A DNA stretch of 64,000 bases, taken from contig JASCQW010000150.1 of assembly GCA_030264375.1 (NCBI GenBank), positions 22,019,192 to 22,083,191 of the forward strand, read 5' to 3'. Source of the stretch: Carcharhinus longimanus (taxonomy: Eukaryota). The notes beneath the pieces are model-generated. The model was not told the origin of the DNA. It searched no databases and saw nothing but the letters and a program-made list of their open reading frames with translations. Of the stretch, positions 51,830 to 64,000 are shown one piece after another. Within the stretch, counting starts at the first letter, position 1. Every line of letters starts with the position of its first letter. Position numbers and translations under genes: made by a program.

Positions 51830-52258
51830 TGCATCAAATTTCATCAGCTGACATGGTGAGAGAGCATCTTTTACTCTCTCAGGACATTTCAAGTTACTTT
51901 GCAGCCAATTAATTAGTTCTGATGCGGTATCACTTATTATCTAGCAAAATATCTCTCACAAAACAGTAAATATATAAATGGCCAGCTGATCTGTTTTGAT
52001 AGCATTGCTGGAGCAAAGAATGTTGGATTTCTCTACTGATTTTCACATTGTGCCTTATGATCTTTTACATCCACCTGAACAGGTTGGATAACACCTCAGT
52101 TTAATGTCTCATCTGAATGAAAGCACCTACAGCGCTGCAGCACTCCCTCTGTGTTACATTAAAATTAATTGATTATGCACTTGAATCCTGGAGCAGGGCT
52201 TGAACTAATGATCTTTGGATTCAAGCACACAAGTACTACCAACTGAGTCAAACTGAGA
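51830..52258 (-). mobile_element. Deu-domain SINE (SacSINE1/AmnSINE1-related)
   Basis: atcttttacatccacctga..cctcagtttaatgtctcatctgaa..agcacct..tgcagcactccctc..ctggag..gggcttgaac..ctaccaactgag resembles the recalled reverse DeuSINE consensus with a tRNA-like head. Confidence 0.65.
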
Positions 52259-53484
52259 GCACTGAAGGGAAAAAAAAATTATGAGGTGGTTACTGATTTA
52301 TGCAACTATCATATTTTAAGCCATTCTTTGTTCTCTTAACTTTCTCTCTGTTAAGCAACTGTTAATGAGCTTCTGGCACAATGACACTGGAACTGCAGTG
52401 GATCATGTATCATTAGGACTTAATTTTACACAATAATGTAAGGTCAGTTCAGCTAAAAAGAATATGAGTGGTACTCCTAATGTATAACACCTGATAGAAT
52501 GTCAGGTACCTGCTTAGAAGGCTGCTGATTGTCCAAGTGTTGCCACTATTATATAAAGAAGCATACAGCTATTGGAAACCAAGTGCCTTTGCTGAATTTG
52601 GCCATTGAAGGCAACAAAAATGAAATAATGTCTTAACGAAGAATGGGTTTCCTCTGAAGTGTCTGTTCCAAACTAGCAGTTAGAGATTACAATGCTGCTC
52701 TGCCATTCTAATTGCCTTATGAAGAGCAAATGGGAAGATGATGGGCCTCAGGTTGTGATAATTTGGGGAGATAGTACCCAAGGCACAATTGTTGCCTGAC
52801 ATTGTATTATCAGATCACAATTTTGGTTTACAAACTACCCAGCTGTGATTATTGCCTATAAATGAGTTTAGTGCTGTACCATCAGTTTTCCTTTTCCTGC
52901 TGTAAGGAAAAGGCCAAAGAATGTTGTTAGGACATCTTGGCATTGTTAATTTGACAGAAAGGTCTCTATTACCTTGCTTTCCTTTCTTGTCAGAAATTGA
53001 GAGCAAGAATTAAAATCATGGAATTTAGGCAGCAAGATTTGATTGAGTCAAAGAAACACATGTAGCTAAAAGTCACACTAGATTGGAAGGTGGGTGGTTA
53101 GTGGCCTGCATTATATGTGCAATGATCAAGTATAAGTTTTGCTTATTTTGTCTCTTAGGTTTTGCTGAAGCATACATTATTGTCCCACTGAGAAAGAGTA
53201 CTGAGCTGAGCTGCTTTCAAGCCTCTGTTACTATTATTCTGCCTGAACACTACAAACAAGTGGCCTGGTTTGACTTTATTTCTTATTTTGCTTCCTTCAT
53301 TTTCTATAATTTCAATGGGCTATCTGAAACCTGATGATGGAAGATGCAAAACATTCACTAACATAAACAAATTTCAAATTAGATATCTACAGGTTGTAAA
53401 GGCACTAAAAATGAAATTATTTTTAGTTCATTCCAAAGCTCCCTTGCAGCCTCCTATTTTCCACCCTCAATAAATTTGAGTGCA

Positions 53485-53846
53485 TCCAAATTCTGCTGCC
53501 CTTGCCAAATCCCATTCATCCATTGCCTGCCTGCATGTGCTCATTCTCCTACATTGGCTCCTGTCCATCAGCGCCTTGAACTAAAATGTTTATCCTCTTC
53601 AAATTCCTCCATTGTATTGCCCTCTATCTTTGTAGCCTTGTTTCACCCGTCCTTATTTATGTAATAGACCAGCCCACAACTGACAGTTCCTTCAATCCTT
53701 TAAGGTGATGTCCACCTCTTTGACTGAGTTTTTAGTTACACGCCCTAATATCTCTCTTGGCCTGGTGTAAATTTTTGTAAGCTCAAGCTCCAGTGAAACA
53801 CTTTGGGAAATTTTATCACACTTTATAAATGTAAGTAGTTGTTGTA
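53485..53846 (+). mobile_element. L2-type LINE 3' end remnant
   Basis: ctacattggctcctgtccatcagcgccttgaactaaaa (LHWLPV-like) and tail gtgaaacactttgggaaatttt..tataaatgtaagtagttgttg. Confidence 0.6.
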
Positions 53847-55232
53847 TTTATCAAAAACATATTTTTATATAGTATTTTTACTATATTATGTCCCAAAGGG
53901 CTTCACAGTTTAGGGTTAAATCAATAGGGGTGGAAAAGAGCTTGGTTAGGTAAACTAAGTAGGCATGAAGGATAAGCATTCAAGTGGAAAGGGATGAAAC
54001 AAGACAGACTGGATTTAGGAGAGTGGAGGATGAAAGCTGGGACATAGTACTGTAGCAAGTTGTGGTTAATGTTATAAGGATGTGTTTTTTGAAAACAAAA
54101 TTTCTATTTTTTTTCCCTTCTAGCTCGATTTGTTTGAAAAAACTGTGACCCTATACAGACAAAGCCAAAACTGCCCAGGTTGCTACAATCCACACAATTT
54201 CACATTTCACCAAGTGGGATGAAGACAGACACTCAAACCCGGGGACTGTGAAAGACCCCATCCCCTGTTGATTCACATCATCCTAAGACTTTTCAAACAT
54301 TTGAGTTGAGATATCAAAATGCAATTACCTATTCTGAAACAACTTCAGCATTCACAACTAGTATAATTTCTTGGGTATATACACCCAGCGAAGTATTTTA
54401 AGGATTCCATAATAAGCAGTTGGGAGAGGAAAAAAGACAATGGTGTACTGAACAGGCTGATTAAAGCTGTCCCCTCTGTTTTTCTCGAAAATGCTGTGCC
54501 CAATTTGCAAAATAATCACTCTGAGAAGATAAGCCATTTGTGAACTGTGATCTTTCAGAAAATCATGGAAATCGGCAGCAAACAATTACATCCTGGAAGG
54601 TAGCTGACCAAAATGGCCACATTGTGTAACCACCACATTGAGACTAGTCAAGGAACAGCTAACTGGATACTAATCTGTTCAGTTTTTCACAAGCTGGAAA
54701 AAAATCCGATAAAGCCTATCCACTTTCTCGCCCACATGAATTCCTGGAAAATTACAGCCAATAAATATAAATATGATTTATAATATCACCAAGGGGCAGC
54801 CTAAAGTAATAGGAAGGGTTGAAGGGCAAATCTTTGCAGATTGGTTTGCCTTGTAAATTTGGTACAAATGGAATCAGGTAAGGAAAGCACTACAGAGATG
54901 TCCTAAAGATGAGAGATTCTGAAGGATGAATGGTGTAGTCAATTCATTGAACACTGAAGAGAGATCAGAAAGGTTAATGAGTAGCATAATACAGTCACAG
55001 TTGCATAGAATGTCACTGGCAACTTTGACCAAGACACTCCAGAAAATAGAATGAAGTGATCTGAACATAACAATGGGATATGTGGAAGGACGTAAAATTT
55101 TGTATTTTTGTTTGTCAATGTCAGTTTTCCGGAAGCGTTTGGAGCAAGAAGCTAATCTGTTTTGGATGGTAAATTTACATATATTGTAACAAATACAAAA
55201 TAAAATGCATACTTTAAATACAAAGTAACTTA

Positions 55233-55397
<165 letters not shown>

Positions 55398-56768
55398 CTA
55401 ATGGTTAAATTCAGTATTCAAGGGAACAGCCAAAGTCTCAATATTTATTCTGATAAAAAAAAGTTCAGTGATATTTTTGTTGCAGCAATATATTTTAAAT
55501 CAATTCAAAAGATTTTTCAAATGTACCATGGGAAATTGAGAAAAGAACTGGAAAACAAATAAAAGCAGGAAAATCTGGAAATTCACAAGAGTTGATTAGC
55601 ATCTGAAGAGGGAGGAAGGTTATTTTTTCAGAAACAATGTCCTTGATTTAAGAAGCATTGTAAGAAGCAACATTCAGCAAAACCTTAGCTTTCTACACGA
55701 CCAAATGAACATGAGAAATAAAAGTCAATGTCAAGCCAGATTGCCTCTAAGCAATATGCCCAGTACACGTCATCCATTTATTACTAATGCAGCACCTCCA
55801 CTGAAGGACCAAAATGAAGTTTATTCTGATTGACCGTGCGTAGGCATGTTGCATAAACATAATAATCTTTTCCATGATACTGAGCATGGTGTGTCAACAA
55901 TAGATATTCCATACCATTGAGTGAACCTCTAAATTGCCACAATACCATTTCCCAAAAAAATAAAGCTTCTGGATACTTTGCAGAAAAAGGGTGAAAAGCA
56001 AAGGTTCTCCATTAGCTAGCAGGAAGTATTAAAATGAATGAAGAGAATTAAAGTAGTTGAAATCTACAGCCCAGCTAATCATGCAAAGAACTGGATGTCT
56101 TGTTCACCAATACAAGGGATTTCTCTAGCTTGAATGCATTCCACCTCCTACCACTCAAGATAACTGCTGAGCTCCATTCTAAGATAGATAACGGGGAATA
56201 GAATTACTACATTACTATGCATCAATGATGTTCTACATGAAAATCTAACATTGCCCAATTTAGAATTGTCTGCCACACCCTAAATAGCAAATGAGTCATA
56301 ATATTACTGAAACTGAATAATACTCATGTCTCAATGGATGGGACTTGCACCTGGAAGTAGCTGGATTGTCAACTCCCATTGTCGCTGTATAAAATGGCAA
56401 TAAACCAATTAATGGCTTCCGGGTGGGTTTTAAGCCCACAAAGTCTGCGAATTCTTGTTCGTCTACTCATTCAGAGCTGCAGGATGGGTGGTCTGGCAGC
56501 CGTAATCATTGACCACTACCTGGAAGGAGGTAGTGTCTGGGGATCCTGTAAATTTGTGAAATTCAAAGCAATAAGGAAGTGTTTGTTTTCTGAAAGATTC
56601 TCAGGTATTGTTTGCAGTAATTGTTATTATTCTGGAAAGTGTGTTAAATTCTGCCGAGGCTTTGAGTTAAGTGTTGTTGCCAGTGAACTCAGATGGCATC
56701 ACGCACAAAATATTAGGATCTGAAAATCGAGCAGCTTTTTAGTTAACAAAAAGCGACATCCTTCTATA

Positions 56769-56953
56769 AAGGTCAACAGCTTGGGAGTTGCCCCTCAAAA
56801 ACTGAGGCAATGAGGAAAGAGGCTGAATGACTTATCTGCAAGGGTGATTAAGTCTTCACTAAGGACTTAATCACCCACAATACGCATAAAAGAAACAGGA
56901 CTGGAGGTGGTGCCCGACTTGGCAATTGTCACGCCACTGGAGAAGAATATTCT
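56769..56953 (+). pseudogene. Harbinger/PIF-type Myb/SANT ORF remnant inside a larger degenerate element (about 56330-58900)
   Basis: Interrupted frames give KVNSLGVAPQKLRQ*GKRLNDL ... HNTHKRNRTGGG / PDLAIVTPLEKNIL, matching the QCRKRxNDL...HNxxERxRTGGG.PD...LTPxEE pattern. Confidence 0.55.
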
Positions 56954-58339
56954 GTTGCTGTCATCTGCTGAATAGATCTGCTCCATTGGCAGAGACAAGA
57001 TTGGAGCAAGGCCTGCAACTGGTGAGACTGCAAGGGGCTGAAACCAGATCTGGGACGCAGACAGGGAGAGGGGTAGAGGGAGGGAGTCTGAGGCTTGGCA
57101 TGCTTACATCAACAGCTCATGTGTTGTTTATGTGTTGAAAGGCCAGGAAGCCTCCTAGTATAAATATTCTGAGCTTGCTACAGGTGTGTTGTAATGGTTG
57201 CAAGGTGTCATATCTCAATCCACGTGCTGCTAATGATGCNNNNNNNNNNNNNNNNNNNNNNNNNNNNNNNNNNNNNNNNNNNNNNNNNNNNNNNNNNNNN
57301 NNNNNNNNNNNNNNNNNNNNNNNNNNNNNNNNNNNNNNNNNNNNNNNNNNNNNNNNNNNNNNNNNNNNNNNNNNNNNNNNNNNNNNNNGATGCTGAACAT
57401 TGTGATCTTGCATGTCTGACCAAGACTCTGAAATTTTAAATAATGCCTTTTCTTCTGTGTGCCCTGCACAGAACCTTCTACCACTGAGCCCGCCAGCCCT
57501 GTGGCGCTGACAATTGACTCCAAGAAGGAAGATCACTTGGATGAGGAGACATCAAATCCTCTTCCTGCACCAAACACCAGTGCAGATATTGGCACCACAG
57601 CAGTATTAGCACAATCTGGTGTAGGCATTTCACACTTGCACATGCAGCTGCCAAAGAGAGAGGTGGACTAGGCCTCAGTCTGTCAGAGGTGATTCAGAGA
57701 CTGAGCCTGATGATGCGTCTCTGGAGTCACCTGTGAGTGCAGCAGATACTGAATGTTCAGCACTGTGTGTGCAGAGCTTTGCTGAATACATCAGAGGAAC
57801 TGCATGCTCTGGTCTGTGGAGGCCATCTAGACAATGTGCACTGCTGTCACCCACTATTCAGAATGCCACAATTATTCACAGAACAGACTATTGACTGTCA
57901 TGGAGGGGAAAATGCTGACATGATTGTGGGCATGTGCTCTGACATGCACACTTCACCCTGATTCTGAGCTCAAGGACTCCCAGACAGGGTGACAGGGGGA
58001 CGTGGAGCCCGGTGACTGAGCCAGCTCCTTGGGATGTCCCGGGAAGGCAGGCAGAACTTATCGATTCTCAGGATGGAGGATAAGCAGCTGCTGCTGCCAG
58101 CTGGGAGCACCCTTCAGGACACTTGTAATGGTGGCAGCCTCTGCTCTGCCCCTCTGCCATTGGCAAAGTCCTCCTCAACTGCCACAGCAACAGAAGCCAG
58201 AAGCTACTCCTGTGAAAAGGCTAAGGTAGAGGTGAGGATCTAAATTCTGCTTTCTGCAGAAAAAAATGAAGCCTCCAAACAGCAAATATATCCCCTGGAA
58301 GCAGATATATTAAATATCAAACACTGACAGTATGAGGGT

Positions 58340-58399
58340 AACATAGAACATAGAACACTACAGCACAAACAGGCCCTTCGGCCCACAAGTTGCGCCGAT
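58340..58399 (-). mobile_element. CR1 3' tail
   Basis: aacatagaacatagaacactacagcacaaacaggcccttcggcccacaagttgcg is similar to the reverse complement of the 12517 tail. Confidence 0.75.
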
Positions 58400-61300
58400 N
58401 NNNNNNNNNNNNNNNNNNNNNNNNNNNNNNNNNNNNNNNNNNNNNNNNNNNNNNNNNNNNNNNNNNNNNNNNNNNNNNNNNNNNNNNNNNNNNNNNNNNN
58501 NNNNNNNNNNNNNNNNNTCCATTATGTCCAGGTGTGGTGATGTTGAGGACACAACCCAATGTCGTTGTGCATGAAAATACATTGGCACGGGAGTGGCACA
58601 GGCACCTTTTTTGCTGCGTATTATCCTGCCTTCAACTTCAGCAATCATGCATCTTGACAACCTTATTCAGAATGTTGTGCAACCCACTTAGCTCTCTTAT
58701 TAGGAGATCTTTAATGCTGACAGTCAGCAACACAGGCAAGCAATTCTTAATGAATGACAAACCTGCAGTTAATTTATATAAATCTGCCATTACTCTAATT
58801 TCCTGCAGTTGCAACTTCATGCGCTGCCAATTTAATTAAAAATACAAAGCAATGGGTTAAGTACCCATAACTAACCCAATTGTTCAATAATGCACAACCA
58901 ACTGCAATTTTTCACCGCAGTATGGCTCTCAGAGATTGTAACAATCAGACATAACTCTTAGAATAATTGCTTGGATAACACAACAGCATTATTTAAACTT
59001 TTTACAGCTCTGAGCCTTTCATGTATAGTTTTAGTTATGTTACAATTCTTGTTTTAAATCAAAATCAGTAATGCATTAGTAGAAAGATTTTTTCATTGAG
59101 TATCAAGGAAGGACTGATAGTTTCTTGATCATAACTATGATGAAATGTAAAATATCAGTTGATTAAAACATTAACAAACTACATAATCAGCTTTGTCCCC
59201 TACACTAAATAACACCGCAAAAAAACCTATTTAATGTTACAAATTAGGCATTACATTCTAGAAACCCAATATGTTCATGTAAAACAGGCTGGATAATTAT
59301 TCTGGTATGATCAAAACGCCAGGTGTGATCAATTTGTACCACTAATAGTGAAGCATTACAACAACAAGTAGACAGAAAACAAGTAGTTTAACAGCTGTGG
59401 AGGTGGAAATAGGCCGCCTTTGCAATGGGCAGGATGCGATGTTGGAACCACATTCAGAGTGAAGTGGGGCATCAAAGTGGTGAACAGTCTGGTTCAGCAT
59501 GAGACAGCAGTCAAAGGGGAATGAAATTGGTAGTGGGGAACAGAGATAGGTGGAGACAATGGGTTGAATTTCACAGAGCGTTGCAGTCAACCTCTCCACC
59601 CCTCCACCCCCCCATCCCTCGCTAAAATGTTGGCAATCCTGACAGCTACCCCTCAGCAATTTAACGCTGGGAGCAGCATTATGTATTTTAAGATAAGATT
59701 TCCACCTCATTTTTTGTCAGTTCTGCAATCCCAGAAACGGCAGCTGGAAATGGTGGCTACACTGGGATTACAGACAATCCACCACACAAAGGAGCCAAGG
59801 TAAATACTGAGTCAGGATTTTGGGTGGGGCGGGTGAGAGGCAAGGTTCAAGAGGCCATGGGGTAGATAAAAGGTGGAGATGACCTTTGGGGAGATGGTGC
59901 CTCTGATCAGCTCAGTGCACCTGTAAAGCACCCCCCCTACCCCCATATAATCTTGCTCAACATCAGTTCTGCATCTGAAGCTGCCAAACTTCCCTTATAG
60001 CTTGGGCTTACTAATGACAGAGGGATGAGGCCCTCAGTTACCATCAGTTAGCCATTTAAGCCTCAATAGGCCCAAGTGCAGGCAGGCTCCCTGTCACACT
60101 GAAATTTTATGGAGGGCATGCAGTCAGATCAGGAGAGGTGAGAAGGCCACCTGCTATTTTTTACATGCCACCCAACTTTCAAACTCTCCAGTGGTTTCAT
60201 TTTTAATTGGAGGTAATTGTAGCTAATTGAGGTTTGACGTTAAACAAGGAGGCAGACAATACAGGGCAGTGAATGCATTGAGAGAGATGGATGGTGAGGT
60301 AGAGTCAGATGTCATTAACATAAATATGGAACCCACCATCAAGATGCCGCTGAAGCAAAGCTTGTTGGTATAGGAAAGGGCCAAGGATAGATCTGTGAGG
60401 ACTCCAGAATCCATTTCAGAAAACTATCTGACTTATTGATCACTTAAGAGCCGTTTTCTACCAGCCTGTAATTTTTCAGCCAGCAAAGGAAGTTCAGTGA
60501 CAGAGAGAAAACCTGGCAGATTATCTTGTTTGGATTCTGGGTGGAAAACAGGGATGTGGTTAGAAACATCTCTATCTCTTTCCATGCCGAGTGCCTCTTC
60601 CAAGTTCTGCCTGCCTCCCTCATCTCCCACCTGGCCTTTTAATTAGTATCTCCTCTCCCCTAACCTCTTATACACTCACACTCTCTCAACCCATCCCTGG
60701 CATGTGACCCTCAAACTGCCTGTTTGGAACTGCCTGTATTCCCAATAGTGACAACTGCTCCCAGTAACAGTGCTGTGATTATAAAGTTGTCAGTCAATCA
60801 AATGTCCAGTAGTTCGCAAATGCGGAACATCCTCCTGAGTTTGGGGTTGTGGTGGCTTGTCTTCAGCCTCAGAATGCTTCTATAACAACCAAAGTTTCTG
60901 TAGCAAGCATTCCATGGCAGCTGCCACGCTTGGTAAGATAAGAGTTACCTAGATTTTGTTCAGTAATTGACAACCTGAATGGACTGTAGAAATTCCCAAG
61001 ATATGATGTAAATGCATTTCTCACATCTGATACAGTCCCATGGAGTAACTGAAGTCATATATTTCACTGAAATACAATGCACTTTGTGAGTGACAATTTT
61101 CTGTCAATAGCAGGGAGATGACTAGATTATCTATAAACAAATACATAATAATTAACATAATTGAGAAACAGTCCTTATAAACTTCAACCATAGTGGACTA
61201 ATTATCTTGAAACTTAGATTTTTGTTTTGGATCAACATTCTAGTTGGGACATGCAGGCTGTTACTGGAAGTTACTGAATCAGTTTCCAACTTGGCAGCAT

Positions 61301-61771
61301 AACATTGATGATGCTTAGCTACTGATCCAACTCTCAAAGCCAGAAGAGAGCTTAAATACTTATAGTGCAAAGGTCTATGCCCAGCCATCAAGTTTTGTAT
61401 GTATTGAGAACAGAAGCAGGAAGATCTGCATTCTCAAGAATGTCCAATTTTATAAATGCCCTAGAGGTCCAAGTTCTCTCCCACACCGTGCATTTTTAAA
61501 CAACATTTGGTACCACACTATAGTTACACTGTCACTTTCCAAGATTGCAAAGTGAATTGACACAAAAGCAGCAATAAATCTGCACCTTAAAATCACTACT
61601 TGGGAAAGCAGAATGAAGATTAGGAGAAACTAGATTGCTGGGGTTGGAGAAAATGAAAAACAATAGTAAAAGTATAATTATGGTTCGGAAGAAATATGCT
61701 TGAGAAATATGAGGTCAGGACCATAACATGTGAAGGTGCTAGGAATGTATTGTTATAAGCGTGATTATAAA

Positions 61772-62100
61772 AACCCTACAGTGCAGAAGGCCATTCAGCC
61801 CCTCAAGCCAGCACAGGCAATGATCCCACCCAGGCCCTATCTCTGTAACCTATCTCTGTATTTACACTGCTAATCCTTCTAGCCTACACATCAAGAGACA
61901 CTAAAGGGCAATTCACCATGGCTGATCCACATAACCTGCACATCTTTAGACTGTGGGAGGAAGCTGGAGCACCCGGAGGAAACCCACACAGACATGGTGA
62001 GAATGTGCAAACTTCACACAGACAGTGACCTGAGCCAAGAATCAAACCCAGGTCCCTGGTGCTGTGAGGCAGCAGTGCTAACCACTGTGACACCATGCCA
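61772..62100 (-). mobile_element. HE1-like SINE, near full length
   Basis: Head tggcatggtgtcacagtggttagcactgctgcctcacagcaccagggacctgggtttgattc on the reverse strand; body and tail match other copies. Confidence 0.88.
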
Positions 62101-62622
62101 CCCCTATCGTGATGGTATGTTGATTGTATCAAAATCTCTGTTCAGCTTTGATGAATTTTATAATAACTTAGTAATATTATATGTATTTATAGAAATATAT
62201 TTTCTTTTTGATTAATGAATATGCATTTTAATATCCTTCTTAATATGTAATTATTTCTATTCTAGCTTTTAAAAATCCAAGTTATTCTTACTACATCCTA
62301 CATAATGTTTGTTTATTCAAAGTTTGTCCTTCTAATTGCATAATTTGATTCTAATTTATCCTTTTATTAGATATATTGGAACTGTTCGAAGAAATGTTTC
62401 AGTTATGATACCTCTAGTAGCCAGCTCCTGTTCATGTATCAAGAAATGATCTTTTATTCATAAATGGCAGTGTGACATTACTGCACCTTTAAGAATTTTT
62501 TTAAAATCATGTTCTCTGAATATATAAGCAGTTTTGGTTTCATTGCAACTGGGCCATCTGCTAGAAGTCGTTATTGCTCCTTCAATGGCTTAAATGGGGT
62601 TGTTTATTTTTTACTCTGGGAT

Positions 62623-63333
62623 CTTTTATGACCCCGTATTTTTAGGAGGAAGGTCATATGTTTTGGACTTTTTTTTCTACTAGTGAATTTAAGATTTCAT
62701 TTTCTGTTTTGGCTGGGTGCAGTTTTTAGTTTCAGATGGGACATCAAGCTGAAAAGAAGTGTTTTTCTCTCTCTCTCCCTGATTTTGGAAATTTTGCTGG
62801 TTCATTGGAAGCAAGGCTTCTTGCCTTCCTTGAATAGAACATCTGCTGCTGGCTTGAGCAGGGTCTCTTTGGCGTTCTGGGAAGCTGTTCTGGCTTCAAA
62901 CTGTTCTGAGTGTGTCCAGAGGGCTGCTAGAAGTTACAAAACTGAGAAGTCATGATTTTCAATTCTCCAACCAAAGAACCCAATTCCAGTATCACATGGG
63001 CATTAGTCTTTGCTGTGTTAAACCTGTGGAAAGGATTTTTGCCTATGGGAAGTTTATGTTTGGAACATTTTAGATATATTCGTTAAAAGGTTACACATTT
63101 TCTTGGTTGTTTTGTTTTTGTTTGTAATTGATAAAGGTTATTACTAATTTTCTTTCCACACATATTAACTATATTCTTAAATAAACCTTGTTTGATGAAA
63201 ACTTCCAGGTGGGTCATTTGAATCATACCTGAAGTGAAACATATTATGCTTATCCTAGTCAAATTCAAAGTGCAAAACTTATGATCCAGGCAGGCCTCAT
63301 GGAACACTTGAGTTTCTGACCTGAATTATAACA
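62623..63333. mobile_element. Possible solo LTR
   Basis: Starts near (t)ttatgac and ends ataaca (TG..CA-like, degenerate 5' end); internal ctctctctct and aataaa near 63180. No internal coding region seen. Confidence 0.3.
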
Positions 63334-64000
63334 ACAGAAAATTCTTCCAGTTTCTTTTCACGTGATATGTAGGTTGGATATTCTTCACTGTGTCTGTAAC
63401 AATAATCTGTATATCAGTGCTTTAGCTATTCCTTAAGGCACATACCGATGATCTCAGTAATGTCATTATTTCATTAAAAACAGAATTCTATCTCATTTTT
63501 ACAGCCATGGTATCTAAAAGAAAGACTTGCACTAGCACCAAACCTCTGGAGCTAATGGCTTTGTGCCAAGGCTGAGAAATATATGCACAGGGTAAGGGGA
63601 TAACCTCTTACAACTAGTCAGTTCCCACGCATTTTTCCAAACTGAGATATTTACCAGGAGTCTGACAAACTTCCAGGATACATTTAAGCGAACCATAGAA
63701 CTCCCACACAGTGGAAACAGCAGTTAGTCAACTGCATATAATTGCATCCCACATAATGTTAATTCCACCCCCAGCCAGCTTCTCTTCAACTCTATTTTCC
63801 AAAGACAATCTCATTAAAATGAAATTTCAAGGCCTGTCACATTTACTTTTGATTTGACATTATTTTTGGCCAATGCACAAACAGCACATATTAGAATCCT
63901 GTTTTCTTTTATCTCACTGAAATAGTTTTCTTGTCGGGTTCTTTTTTAGTCATAATTGTCAATATCATCTTTAAAAAGGAAAAAAAAATCTAATGCCCAG

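Noticed and set aside
61990-62100. tRNA-like A/B boxes as a tRNA gene
   Set aside because: These are SINE heads continuing into SINE body and tail in several copies; no full cloverleaf.

Overview
Vertebrate nuclear genomic DNA, almost certainly a shark or other elasmobranch (HE1-type tRNA-derived SINEs, CR1 LINE fragments, Deu-domain SINE), from a draft assembly with about 15 N-gaps. It holds the 3' ends of two convergent spliced genes. (1) On the + strand are the last four coding exons (692-8048) of a class V myosin globular tail/DIL domain that is not a clean match to MYO5A, MYO5B or MYO5C. (2) On the - strand are 12 coding exons (55375 down to 15954) of UNC13A/Munc13-1, covering C2B, part of MUN, a 57-nt cassette exon and C2C. 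About 490 aa of the MUN domain are missing between 30689 and 27353, most likely inside the gap at 27987-28086. The rest is intron, UTR and transposon-derived sequence; nearly all six-frame ORFs are spurious. The most interesting candidates are a possible fourth vertebrate myosin V ohnologue beside UNC13A, with an altered Rab11-binding surface and phospho-loop, and Penelope-type fold-back elements with target-site duplications plus a hammerhead-ribozyme remnant. Comparisons with human and rat proteins and repeat consensuses are from memory, not database searches.
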